IMG/VR virus record: IMGVR_UViG_3300045988_179398
Coordinates: 32,001-96,000 of that record
Strand: one strand, 5' to 3'
DNA length: 64,000 nucleotides
DNA from: a virus
Positions 8,797-18,375 of this stretch are shown here, piece after piece. Each line of letters starts with the position of its first letter. Within the stretch, counting starts at the first letter, position 1. Below the pieces are notes generated by a model. That model did no database searches, had not been told where the DNA came from, and saw only the letters and a list, made by a program, of their open reading frames with translations. A program made the translations under genes and the position numbers.

Positions 8797-11043
8797 ATGA
8801 CGGATAAATTAGCGAGAGATTTAGCATTAAGCGCTTTAGACAGAGTAAACAAAACAGTCGAAGGTGTTCCGAGAGATTATGTCGATGAGCATTTGTCGAG
8901 AAAAGTAGATAAGATAGAAAGTTCGTCCGCAAACCCACGGTTATACGGGGTTAGCGAGGCGGGGTCTCAAACTAGTTATTTCGCCACCCAAACTGCCAAC
9001 GCGCATACAATTCCGATAAGAGACGCGAGTGGCAGGTTCCAAGTAGAAAGCGGGTTGGCTCCGAAACAAGCCGTGAATAAAGAGCAGCTCGATGCTGCGA
9101 TAGAGGCGACTGCGAAGTTGTCGGAGCCCAATGCTTTTACGGAACAAAACACATTCACATCGGAAGTAAAGTTTTACGGAACCGTCGAACACACGTCCAA
9201 CGTGAACATAACAAATGGTTTTCTGAAAATATTAAATGGCAACGACAAAGATTACGTTACGACGTATAACGTCGACAATATTAAAGTTGAGGAAAACGGA
9301 AATGAATACACTTTGGCGTTTCCGACCCAATCTGGAACGTTGGCGTTGATGGGTGACATTACCACGAAGATAAATGAAAAAGTCGGGTTTAAGCATTCCG
9401 AGCTTAAAAACGAAGATGTGTTAAATAACGGCGTAATTCAAAAAGAGGATGTTTGGAAGACGGGGGATCCCGATGTGTCGTTAGTTGTTCAACACTCCGA
9501 TAGTACCAACCAATCAGGGTTGAATATCTCAAAGGCATTTGCGGAGATGGGCGTTCACGCTTTTGCGGGACAATCAACGGAAGCCGCGCAGATAATGATG
9601 ACGCCGAGCAGCATCAACATAACGAGTACAAAAAGCTCAGACACTTATACGACGGTTATCATAACCCCTGACGGAGCGACGCTGAATGGCGATCAGATTG
9701 CGACCGAAAAGACGGTTGACGCGAAAGTTGCGCGTATTCCCGAGGGTGTTGAATTAAGCGAACCCGAAAGCGCGATGCAGGGAAATTTGACGGAAGAGCA
9801 GCTCGGGAAACTCCAATTCAACAAAGCGAATTACATCCTTTTTGCGGGAAAGAAATACGACTTACGGAACGAGCGGGAGCAGAAAGACTCGCTGTCTTAC
9901 GTTTATAACGATTATTTGAACAACCGTTGCGTCCAAGATGTTATAACGATCACGGTTTCGAACCGTTCGTGGGTACGCAACTCATGCACGTTAGTAACAA
10001 ACAAAGATTATGGAGATGGGACAGCTGGCGCCGTGTCGATAAAGAAAGATTTTTCGGACGGGTTGGAAATAGCGACGACAGACGGGAATTTAAGCATATA
10101 CGGCGCAATTGACGCGGATATAGCGGGCAGGAACTCGAAACGACCGATTACAGCGACAAATCTCAATAAGGCGGTTTTAGCGGCGCTGACCGACGCGAGG
10201 AAAGTTGAACCGACCGAGCAGCAGAAGAGCGCTTTTAAGTCGGCATGGGGAATTATCGATGCGGCAAATCTGCTTGACGCTGAAATGTCTGATGAAAGCA
10301 CTAACGCGGTTCAAAACAAGGTTATCAAAGCGGAATTGGACAACCGCGTTAAGTGTTGTACGAACGTTCAAAGTGGGCAGGTAAAGGTTTACTGCGCGAC
10401 GCAGAATAATCCCAACGACGTTTGTTTGGTTTCGAGTTCGGGGACGCAAAGCTCGATTGCCCGATATACGTCGACGGGGCAGCTCGCCGTTGGAAGAGAG
10501 CCGAGTGGCGATATGGAAATTGCGAATAAGAAGTTCGTGGAGGGGATTGTCCCAAAGTACGGGGCGCAACTTCCCGATCCGACGAACGGCGCATATAAAG
10601 TTGGGTGTTCGTTCTTGAACACGACAACGGGTGGTTTGTACGTTTTGGTTACTTCTGGGAGCGCGAACAACCGCTCTTGGCAGTTACAAACTACGATTGA
10701 AAAGCCAAAATGGAGAAATACGTTACCGCACGTAAACGACACACAAATGGTGGACGAGGCGAAGGTTTTGTTCACGAAAGTCACGATAACGACGACCGAT
10801 AGCACGAACTTCCCTGGAATGAGTGGAAAGTCTGTAACGGTTCAAGGATTGAGTCTCGACGGGTTCGCGGCTGGCACGATTGTGTGTGATGAGACGACTG
10901 GCGACATAAAATATAGCCCTTGTTTTGTCGGTTCGATTACTTCGAGTAGGGCGTCTGGAATTCTGATAAAGGGTTCGAACGCGGTCGCAATCGTGAGCGC
11001 CGACAACCCGAGCGTGACGTTTACTTATGAATATTTGTGGTAA
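8797..11043 (+). CDS. Tail fibre protein
   Basis: 748 aa. The motif [TS][IV]P.R...G...V....(A)xNK...[LFV] occurs twice (HTIPIRDASGRFQVESGLAPKQAVNKEQL and SIARYTSTGQLAVGREPSGDMEIANKKFV) and again in ORF 11447. This motif is typical of fibre N-terminal/shaft modules. Confidence 0.6.
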   Translation: MTDKLARDLALSALDRVNKTVEGVPRDYVDEHLSRKVDKIESSSANPRLYGVSEAGSQTSYFATQTANAHTIPIRDASGRFQVESGLAPKQAVNKEQLDAAIEATAKLSEPNAFTEQNTFTSEVKFYGTVEHTSNVNITNGFLKILNGNDKDYVTTYNVDNIKVEENGNEYTLAFPTQSGTLALMGDITTKINEKVGFKHSELKNEDVLNNGVIQKEDVWKTGDPDVSLVVQHSDSTNQSGLNISKAFAEMGVHAFAGQSTEAAQIMMTPSSINITSTKSSDTYTTVIITPDGATLNGDQIATEKTVDAKVARIPEGVELSEPESAMQGNLTEEQLGKLQFNKANYILFAGKKYDLRNEREQKDSLSYVYNDYLNNRCVQDVITITVSNRSWVRNSCTLVTNKDYGDGTAGAVSIKKDFSDGLEIATTDGNLSIYGAIDADIAGRNSKRPITATNLNKAVLAALTDARKVEPTEQQKSAFKSAWGIIDAANLLDAEMSDESTNAVQNKVIKAELDNRVKCCTNVQSGQVKVYCATQNNPNDVCLVSSSGTQSSIARYTSTGQLAVGREPSGDMEIANKKFVEGIVPKYGAQLPDPTNGAYKVGCSFLNTTTGGLYVLVTSGSANNRSWQLQTTIEKPKWRNTLPHVNDTQMVDEAKVLFTKVTITTTDSTNFPGMSGKSVTVQGLSLDGFAAGTIVCDETTGDIKYSPCFVGSITSSRASGILIKGSNAVAIVSADNPSVTFTYEYLW

Positions 11044-11108
11044 TCAAAATATAAAAAAATGTTTCCCCTAGCCCCGAAAGGGGTTGGGGGAGAATAACGG
11101 AGGGAAAT

Positions 11109-11444
11109 ATGAATATAGATACGATTGTTTTATACGCGATAATTGGCATAATAGCCGTTTGCTTGCTTGTTTTTGTAATTACGTGGATTGTGAAATTCTG
11201 CAAAATGAGCAAAGAAGAAAAAATAAAAACGCTGAAAACTTATCTCAAAGGGCTTGTTTCGCTCGCGGAGCAGGAGATAGTCGGAAGCAAAATGGGCGAA
11301 GAAAAGCTCGCAATGGTCGAGGCATACTTTAACAAAAAAGCCCCGATAATATATAAAATCATACTTTCGTTGCTTGGGAAAGACAACCTGAAAGAATTCA
11401 TAGAGGAAGCTCTTAAAGAAATCAAAGAATCGTTCGGAGGTTAA
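11109..11444 (+). CDS. Holin-like membrane protein (LL-H-type architecture)
   Basis: One N-terminal transmembrane segment (IVLYAIIGIIAVCLLVFVITWIV) followed by an amphipathic helical part with LVSLAEQEIVGSKMGEEKL. GGAGGG upstream. Confidence 0.5.
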   Translation: MNIDTIVLYAIIGIIAVCLLVFVITWIVKFCKMSKEEKIKTLKTYLKGLVSLAEQEIVGSKMGEEKLAMVEAYFNKKAPIIYKIILSLLGKDNLKEFIEEALKEIKESFGG

Positions 11445-11446
11445 TC

Positions 11447-11935
11447 ATGGCTGAATATCTTTCTACCCACACTGGGTTACGTGTCGACGAGGCGATCGCA
11501 AAAATCCCCGCTGGTAATCCAGGTGATAAATCGGTTATAGTCGTTAACACGGACGGAAAGCCTGAATACGCCCCTGCGACAACGGGGGTTGCCCCAAACA
11601 CGGTTCCAATTAGAGATACGGCGGGGAGAATTCAGGTTGCTGATGGCGTGAGCGATAGTGACGCGGCAAATTATGGACAGATCAAGAAATACGCTGACGA
11701 TAATTTTGTAAAAGCAAGAACAAATGTCACTGGCGAAAGTTTTGTATTATATGGAGCAAGTGCTGGTAATCCTAGCGATGGCGTTGAAATGGCTTTAACG
11801 GCAATTCCGTATACCGTTCCTCGAAGAGTTGCAAATGGGCAGATTTTTGTCGGAACACCTACCGAAGATTTACACGCCGTAAACAAGCAATACTTTGACA
11901 CAAATGTAACCACTTTCTCCGTGGAGGTGTGGTAA
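11447..11935 (+). CDS. Tail fibre-associated protein (two copies of the fibre motif)
   Basis: NTVPIRDTAGRIQVADGVSDSDAANYGQI and YTVPRRVANGQIFVGTPTEDLHAVNKQYF. Confidence 0.55.
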   Translation: MAEYLSTHTGLRVDEAIAKIPAGNPGDKSVIVVNTDGKPEYAPATTGVAPNTVPIRDTAGRIQVADGVSDSDAANYGQIKKYADDNFVKARTNVTGESFVLYGASAGNPSDGVEMALTAIPYTVPRRVANGQIFVGTPTEDLHAVNKQYFDTNVTTFSVEVW

Positions 11936-13308
11936 TGAAATTAAAAGTTAGTAATGTTTGTCAGTTGTTGGATAAGAGTAAATATCCTGCAACGATTACA
12001 AACAGCGGAGTTACTTTTACAAACAATGGCGATGGTACAATCACCCTAAATGGTACTAATACGGGTGGTAGTGAGAATTTATATAGTTTTATGCTTGTTT
12101 CTGTTAAGGCAGGACATTATTACTATATTTATTCGGGTCAGGAAGGAAGGTGGGAAAATTGTATGTTCACCGTTAATTACAGTATAAGTGCAATCAACGT
12201 CGATGGAAATATCGGTTTTCAAAATAAGTCTTTTGATAATTGTGTGGTATATTTATACATTGGTGCGGGAGCAACATTTAATAATTATATTGTAAAACCA
12301 CAGTTTTTCGACCTAACCGAAATGTATGGAGCAGGACACGAGCCTACCACGGTTGAACAATTCCGTCAAGACTTCCCGAACGAGATGTATGATTACAGTC
12401 CTGAGTGTTGGAAAAGGTTAAAAGAGTTGAGATATAGGACTGAAACGAAGAACTTATTTGATATAAGTAAAGCGGATATTACTCAACATAATGGGTATTG
12501 GACATCAAATGCTAATTATACGGAGCATTTTTATACACAAATTGTTGAGCCTGGTAAAGCTTATAGAGTGAGTTATGAATGCTACAACCCTTTAGCAGGA
12601 CTTGATGCTTTGAGTTTAGGTGTACAGACGGGTAATGGGTTTGGTGATGGCACGGCTTTATATATAGGATTAATAGGTGATGCCCACTATAAATGGGTTA
12701 AACAATATAGAGATTTCACAATTCCAAACGGTATAACACAAATAACTTTTTCGGCTTTTACAGAGACGATGTTTCGTAATCTACAATTCGAAGAAGGCTC
12801 AACAGGAACTCCCTATCAACCTTACGGTTATCTCCCATTAAGACGGGGGAAGTTTAGAACTGAGACGAGGAATTTACTACAACTAAATGACTTTTCAAAT
12901 AGTTGGCTTACTATAAAGGGTAATGCTATAAGGATAAAGAAGACAAACGATGTCCAAGTATATGATGACCAAGTAGGCTTTTCTCCAATTTCAAGTCAAT
13001 TAAAAGCAGGGAAGTATTATCGAATAAGTGCAAAAGTCATTGGAGAGTTTACGGGTAGATTGTACCGAATGTTTGGCGATAGTTTATACAGTAATGAAAT
13101 TGTAGACAGTCATTGGCAGAAAACATTTACCACCGATACGGTTACAGATAAGTATGGTCTTTATATTGCTCAAAATAACACAACTTCAATTGGTATGACC
13201 TTGATTAGCGATGAAGTTGTTATTTACGATATAATGCTTGAAGAAAGCGATACCGCATTCACGGGTATTGCTCAATATCAACCCTATAAACACGTATCTT
13301 TCCATTAA
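11935..13308 (+). CDS. Receptor-binding-type protein with three tandem beta-sandwich-like modules
   Basis: Start taken at the ATG in GGAGGTGTGGTAATG. Module ends are marked by RTET[KR]NL linkers and by ..FEEGSTGTPYQPYGY / ..QYQPYKHVSF, a pattern common in phage receptor-binding domains. Confidence 0.5.
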   Translation: MKLKVSNVCQLLDKSKYPATITNSGVTFTNNGDGTITLNGTNTGGSENLYSFMLVSVKAGHYYYIYSGQEGRWENCMFTVNYSISAINVDGNIGFQNKSFDNCVVYLYIGAGATFNNYIVKPQFFDLTEMYGAGHEPTTVEQFRQDFPNEMYDYSPECWKRLKELRYRTETKNLFDISKADITQHNGYWTSNANYTEHFYTQIVEPGKAYRVSYECYNPLAGLDALSLGVQTGNGFGDGTALYIGLIGDAHYKWVKQYRDFTIPNGITQITFSAFTETMFRNLQFEEGSTGTPYQPYGYLPLRRGKFRTETRNLLQLNDFSNSWLTIKGNAIRIKKTNDVQVYDDQVGFSPISSQLKAGKYYRISAKVIGEFTGRLYRMFGDSLYSNEIVDSHWQKTFTTDTVTDKYGLYIAQNNTTSIGMTLISDEVVIYDIMLEESDTAFTGIAQYQPYKHVSFH

Positions 13309-13319
13309 GGAGGTAAAAG

Positions 13320-13619
13320 ATGGCAGAAACAAATATAAAAGATGTAAAATTAAAAATCGGCACGGAAGCTCAGTTTCAAGACAAACTGAAAGACTTACCG
13401 TTAAACACATTAGTCGGAGTTACCGACCCGATACAAGAGGGCGAGTTGGACACTTCGATTATAAACAAGTTGGACAAGGCGGAAAATGCGCTACCCAAAC
13501 CGACGAATGACAGTACGGGAACTGATGGGCAGGTTCTTACTAAAACCGCAGCGGGGAGCGTGTGGAAAACCCCAATCACCGCTACGCTCGACGGCACCGT
13601 TCTGACCTTGACGATATAA
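13320..13619 (+). CDS. Small fibre/adaptor-like protein
   Basis: 99 aa with AGGAGG upstream. The N-terminus VKLKIGTEAQFQDKL..LPLNTLVGVTD resembles the N-terminal module seen in HylP-like/fibre proteins. Confidence 0.45.
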   Translation: MAETNIKDVKLKIGTEAQFQDKLKDLPLNTLVGVTDPIQEGELDTSIINKLDKAENALPKPTNDSTGTDGQVLTKTAAGSVWKTPITATLDGTVLTLTI

Positions 13620-13629
13620 GGGGTGGGCT

Positions 13630-15183
13630 ATGAGCATAATGATAAATGGGACCGAGGTCACGGGCGTTATCGTGAATAAAGACGGTGTGCAAACCGACGT
13701 GACTGAAGTCCGTGTTAAAACGCAAGGAAGTACGTCCTACACGGTCGTTTTTACGAGCGCGTTACCCACTCCGACGAGTTATCGTGTTGATACACTCACA
13801 GAGATGATGGAGAACGAGGAATACGTCGATTACGGGGTTGTCCCGTTCCAAGACATCGATAGTTTAAAGGAAAGTCTTTTTAGAAACCAAAAAACGATTT
13901 TCTACTTACTCGATCCGTTGAACGCACACTACAATTACAATGGCGTGGCTTTCGCGAACGATTACCCACAGGTCGCAGACGTTTACAAGGATGCAACAGC
14001 TTCTACACCGCTGAACTTCGTCCCGACAGCTGCGGATGGTCAAGCGGTTTATACGACGTTCCAGATAGTCGACGCGCAGTTGAGCACGCCGAGTTTGGAG
14101 GCTTATAACAATTATACAAATTTGAGCTTTGGTTTTGCGTTGCGTTACGGGTTGACGCTTAGAGATAATCTTTTTGAAATTCCAGCAGATGATGTTTTGC
14201 AGGCTTTCCACCGAATAACCGATATGGTGACCGACAGAGGGGATGATATTATCGTTATTTATTTAAATGACAGAATGACGCCTGAACGTCTTCAATATAC
14301 GTTCTCGAAAGGGTTTGGTGCTTATGTCGATACTTACGGTTCGGCTGTTGATCAGCAAAAGCGCAAAATCGCCGTGTTATTAGTCGGAGACAAGACGATA
14401 ACCGAGTTCACGAATTATCAAGAAATCATCGGTAATGCTTTCGCGCAGTCAGGAATTGCGGAGAACGCGGGTATGGACGCTAATTTATTATCTGATTACG
14501 CTCAATGGAATGACACGCTTACCAACATACTAATTAACCCGTCTTCCCAGTTGTCTCACTCTCAGGTTTATACCATCCCTATTCCAGCCACAACAAGTTA
14601 TGTGAATGCGCAAGGTTGGGTTGGTTGGGATAGCGGCGAGGTAGATAAATATCTTTATGATACATTGGGACAAATTTGGAGTAACGGGGTAAGTGATTTT
14701 AATAAAGCGATTATCAGATTCGACGATAATATTTCGAGCAGCCTAGACGGGCAAGTTAATCAATCTTTCACTATGTCGACAGATCCGAATTATTACGTCC
14801 CGCCTTATATATATGACCTTATACATGTATCGACGCTCACTTTTGAATTGCCAGCAGCAACGTTATTCGTTGATGAATTAAATTATAATTATACCAACAT
14901 AGATAAATTAGTTGGAAATTTTTCCACTATTTGTTTCGGGCTTCGGCTGTGGCCGATTTTTTATTCAAGTTTAGGCGGAGGCGGAGACACGACAGGGAGC
15001 AATTGGAATTCGTTAATGCGGCACATTGTTCGCACCGAAAGAAAACGATTGAATATTCCATCGGATGTTACAAACGAAGAACTTTTAAGCTACTTTAGTT
15101 CGATGTATGGAAGCATCTCGGAAAAGATAACATCTAGCAACGTCAAGAATTGCGGTGACAATTATATAGTCGGGCTTAAATAA
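13630..15183 (+). CDS. Hypothetical large fibre-cluster protein
   Basis: 517-aa ORF, GGGGTGGG upstream, no motif recognised. Confidence 0.5.
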   Translation: MSIMINGTEVTGVIVNKDGVQTDVTEVRVKTQGSTSYTVVFTSALPTPTSYRVDTLTEMMENEEYVDYGVVPFQDIDSLKESLFRNQKTIFYLLDPLNAHYNYNGVAFANDYPQVADVYKDATASTPLNFVPTAADGQAVYTTFQIVDAQLSTPSLEAYNNYTNLSFGFALRYGLTLRDNLFEIPADDVLQAFHRITDMVTDRGDDIIVIYLNDRMTPERLQYTFSKGFGAYVDTYGSAVDQQKRKIAVLLVGDKTITEFTNYQEIIGNAFAQSGIAENAGMDANLLSDYAQWNDTLTNILINPSSQLSHSQVYTIPIPATTSYVNAQGWVGWDSGEVDKYLYDTLGQIWSNGVSDFNKAIIRFDDNISSSLDGQVNQSFTMSTDPNYYVPPYIYDLIHVSTLTFELPAATLFVDELNYNYTNIDKLVGNFSTICFGLRLWPIFYSSLGGGGDTTGSNWNSLMRHIVRTERKRLNIPSDVTNEELLSYFSSMYGSISEKITSSNVKNCGDNYIVGLK

Positions 15184-15200
15184 TTTCAAAGGAGAGAATT

Positions 15201-15551
15201 ATGGGTCTTTTTAAGGAAAATTACGAGAGTAAAAAATTGGGCATTACGCTGCCGAAAGCGTATGCGTATATAACCGATTTTAAGCTCAAAGAAACGGCTG
15301 GCAAAACTTACGGCAGAGCCATATTTGCAGTTCAGACTTCGAGGGAGGCGTGCGTGAACAAAGCACCCATTGAGGAAGTTATACTCGAAAGCATCGAACT
15401 CGATAGAAGCAAAAATGTGCTTAAACAGGTTTACGACAAAATGAAAGAGGGAGAAACCCACGAAATCATAAATCCCGAAACGGGTAAAAAAGAAACGGTT
15501 GAATTTGGAATGCCGTTTTACGGTTGGTCGGATGATATTACAGCCGAATAA
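15201..15551 (+). CDS. Hypothetical protein
   Basis: 116-aa ORF with AAGGAGAG upstream. Confidence 0.5.
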   Translation: MGLFKENYESKKLGITLPKAYAYITDFKLKETAGKTYGRAIFAVQTSREACVNKAPIEEVILESIELDRSKNVLKQVYDKMKEGETHEIINPETGKKETVEFGMPFYGWSDDITAE

Positions 15552-15595
15552 TAAACCACAATTTTTTAAAAATAATATCTAGGAGGATCTGCCTT

Positions 15596-16636
15596 ATGGC
15601 AAGAACGACGGTTTATAACGAAGATTTGTCAAAAGAATGGCAGGTCGTCAATCCAAAAAACCAAAAATTATTGCGGGAGTTTGTGCGTTATTGCGTCGCG
15701 AACGATAAAAGCCCGCACACTTGTAATCAATACGAATCGCAGCTCAAAATCTTTTTCTGCTGGAATTACAGAGAAAACGCCGACAAGTTTTTTATCGACG
15801 TTAAGAAGCGCGATTTGGTCAACTTTTTCGGCTGGGGGAGAGAAATCGGATGGAGCCCGTGTCGGCTCGCCTCTCTCCGCGCCGTGTTGAGCTCGTTCAG
15901 CAATTACATCGAACGAATACTCGACGAAGATTACCCCACGTTTAGGAATCTTGTAAAGGTTCTCGAGCCGATCCATCTCGAAGCCGTCCGCGAAAAGACG
16001 ATTATCGAGAAAGACGATATAATGGCGGGGATTGAGCGATTGGTCGCACTTGGCGAGTACCAATACGCGTGTTTTCTCTCGCTTCTCTTTTCATCTGGAA
16101 TGCGCAAGTCCGAAGCGGTGCAAATGAAGGTTTCGTTTTTCACGACCGAAAGACAAGATGCTCTCGGTGGGCTCGCTTATATGACCCCAAAAATCAGGAC
16201 GAAAGGACACGGAGCGCGGGGCAAACAAGTTCAAAGGTACGTTTTTAAGGAAACCTTTGACAAATACTTTGACTTATGGATGAAGGAGCGCGAAAAGCTT
16301 GGCGTGAAAACCGACGCGCTTTTTGTTATAAAAGGCGGGTATGAAGATTACCAACCCGCGAAATCGCAAAATTTCTCCCATTGGGCGCAGAAAATCGGCG
16401 AGCTGATAGGCGTTGAATCGTTATATTGCCACAGCCTGCGACACGCGTTCACCACGTACTTAAAGCGTAACGGAACGCCAACCGACGTGGTACAAAAACT
16501 CCAATCTTGGGGAAGTGCGGATATGGTTGCGAGATATGACGATCGAAGCGAAAGCGAAGAGTTGGACGAGTTCTTCTCGACGCTTTCTGGTGAAAAAACA
16601 ACGGTTAAGGAGGAATGTGATTTATGGCAGAAGTAA
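15596..16636 (+). CDS. Tyrosine recombinase / integrase
   Basis: N-terminal SAM-like core-binding region. Catalytic signature SGMRKSEA (Arg), HSLRHAFTTY (His-x-x-Arg) and a C-terminal ..SADMVARYDD (Tyr). AGGAGG upstream. Confidence 0.85.
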   Translation: MARTTVYNEDLSKEWQVVNPKNQKLLREFVRYCVANDKSPHTCNQYESQLKIFFCWNYRENADKFFIDVKKRDLVNFFGWGREIGWSPCRLASLRAVLSSFSNYIERILDEDYPTFRNLVKVLEPIHLEAVREKTIIEKDDIMAGIERLVALGEYQYACFLSLLFSSGMRKSEAVQMKVSFFTTERQDALGGLAYMTPKIRTKGHGARGKQVQRYVFKETFDKYFDLWMKEREKLGVKTDALFVIKGGYEDYQPAKSQNFSHWAQKIGELIGVESLYCHSLRHAFTTYLKRNGTPTDVVQKLQSWGSADMVARYDDRSESEELDEFFSTLSGEKTTVKEECDLWQK

Positions 16637-17724
16637 TAGGCGATAACACCATACCGAACGGGTTATCGGCAAACGTAATGCGCGAGTTGTTACAGAGCAA
16701 AAATATGCTCAAAAACAAAGGCGATATGTATATAGGTACTGGAATACAGGAAAACGGAGTATATAAAACGGGAATTTTATCTGGCCCGAGCAAAGGCGGT
16801 TTGGTTTTAGCGGGGACAAATGCGGGAAGTGGTGTCGATGTTCAATACAAATCAGCACTTGATATTTTAAATGAAGATTTAACCATTGGTGATTCCGATG
16901 GAATACACATAGGTAAAAGTGCCGAGACGTCTAATGGAGGCGTAGCGATTGGCGTGTTCGCAGAAGCTAAAAATGATGGGACCACCTCATATGGAAATTA
17001 TGCAAAAAGCCTTGGCAAATATTCGGCTGCCATTGGTAATTTGGCAAATGCAACTGCTGAATACGCATACCAATTAGGGCCTGGAGAGAACAGTGTTGCA
17101 AATTCATTAAAATTCATAAATACACAAATTGTGGACGGGACGGGGAACGTAAATGCCACAAAAATAAACGGAGTGTTGAGCACGGAGATTTTTGAAAGTG
17201 ATGGGAAGACGGCAAAAAATAGTACGTTGGCGCAAAGTGTTGTTAATGGCTCTATTATAAAAGATTCATTCAAAACTCCTAAGCAATTGGTTTCGCATTC
17301 AATTTGCATTAAAGCATCGAATTTCTCAATGGAAGTTGCGGTCCTCTGTGTTAATAATAGTGACCCTTATGGTAATAACTTTTTAAATTTTTGCAAAGAC
17401 TATGAGACCACTGCGGTCGTTCGTGCGGAGCATTTGATGGTTTGTGGATACATAAATAGGGAAAGCGATGGAAGCGGCTTATCTATAAATATTAAACCAG
17501 TGATGAAGATGTGGAGAATATCGGCGGGTCAGGTTTTTCAATATGAAATTAATTTTACTGGAGTAGAGTATAATTCGACCACAAATCGTACAGAACAAAC
17601 GTCCTTATCTTTATATATACGAAATGGAGACGATGGAACCAAGGCTTATAAATATATAGAACCGACTTCTGGCGAACCAGTTTATACCATGTATGACTTG
17701 GCTTATTCGGTAACTGGGGTATAA
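16624..17724 (+). CDS. Fibre-like/receptor-binding candidate
   Basis: 366 aa, overlaps the integrase stop by 13 nt. Gly/Asn/Ser-rich repetitive middle part. Last gene before a strong terminator. Confidence 0.45.
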   Translation: MAEVIGDNTIPNGLSANVMRELLQSKNMLKNKGDMYIGTGIQENGVYKTGILSGPSKGGLVLAGTNAGSGVDVQYKSALDILNEDLTIGDSDGIHIGKSAETSNGGVAIGVFAEAKNDGTTSYGNYAKSLGKYSAAIGNLANATAEYAYQLGPGENSVANSLKFINTQIVDGTGNVNATKINGVLSTEIFESDGKTAKNSTLAQSVVNGSIIKDSFKTPKQLVSHSICIKASNFSMEVAVLCVNNSDPYGNNFLNFCKDYETTAVVRAEHLMVCGYINRESDGSGLSINIKPVMKMWRISAGQVFQYEINFTGVEYNSTTNRTEQTSLSLYIRNGDDGTKAYKYIEPTSGEPVYTMYDLAYSVTGV

Positions 17725-17836
17725 TATCTTTTATGTCGATAATTTATGTAATAATATAAATAAAGATAGTTGCAATTAAATAAAACCCTCGTTTTATTAC
17801 AAGGAAAAAATTTAGGATATTTTTTTTGGTAAAATT

Positions 17837-17869
17837 AGAGACTTCGCTACGCGCGAGGTCTCTTTTTTA
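17837..17869 (+). terminator. Rho-independent terminator
   Basis: AGAGACTTCGC (17837-17847) pairs with GCGAGGTCTCT (17853-17863), 11 bp including one G-U, followed by TTTTTT. Confidence 0.75.
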
Positions 17870-17926
17870 CTATATTTTTTGGAATTTAGGAACTTTAAAT
17901 TAGAAAATAATCACAGGAGGAATGAT

Positions 17927-18370
17927 ATGTTTGAATTAAAAGAAAAAATGCTGGAGATTTATAACGAAGGCGACAAAAAAATACCGTTAGAACGTTATCG
18001 TTCCGAGGGTGTTAGATATATACAAGACAATATTCGGAGCGTTGCGTATGATTCAATCACGCGAACGTATTCGGAGAGCGGAAATAGACGACTAATTGAT
18101 TTACCTGATTTATTTAATTCGGTCAGGTTTAATCAACTCGACCAATGGAATTTTGATATGATGATTGACAAATCGTTAATTTACGAGAAGCAAAATCGAT
18201 TACGGCAAAACGAAGAGGTTTACGGAATGTCGAGTTTGATATATCGAGACGCGACGGAATTTAGCGAGAATGATTTAATCAGAATGCAAGTTCGATTGGA
18301 AAACGATGTAGAAAAATTTATAGATACGAATTTTACGGAATATTTAGGTAAATTGGTTAGGAGGAAATAA
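17927..18370 (+). CDS. Hypothetical protein upstream of tape measure (possible tail assembly chaperone by position only)
   Basis: Start set at MFELKEK after CAGGAGG; the track's 17879 start lies inside the AT-rich leader. Confidence 0.45.
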   Translation: MFELKEKMLEIYNEGDKKIPLERYRSEGVRYIQDNIRSVAYDSITRTYSESGNRRLIDLPDLFNSVRFNQLDQWNFDMMIDKSLIYEKQNRLRQNEEVYGMSSLIYRDATEFSENDLIRMQVRLENDVEKFIDTNFTEYLGKLVRRK

Positions 18371-18375
18371 AGTTT

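Noticed and set aside
11084-11332. 82-aa alternative-frame ORF overlapping the holin-like gene.
   Set aside because: It is an Arg/Asn-rich, out-of-frame shadow. The 11109 frame has the SD site and a clear transmembrane-plus-helical architecture.
17725-17926. Calling the AT-rich intergenic region downstream of the integrase-fibre pair an attP site.
   Set aside because: No core repeat or arm-type repeats could be identified by eye. It may simply be the terminator plus the leader/promoter for the tape-measure operon.
8797-17930. Invertible shufflon or a diversity-generating retroelement acting on the fibre genes.
   Set aside because: No oppositely oriented fibre gene fragments, no reverse transcriptase and no recognisable template/variable repeat pair are present in the window. 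Only the recombinase gene itself hints at rearrangement.
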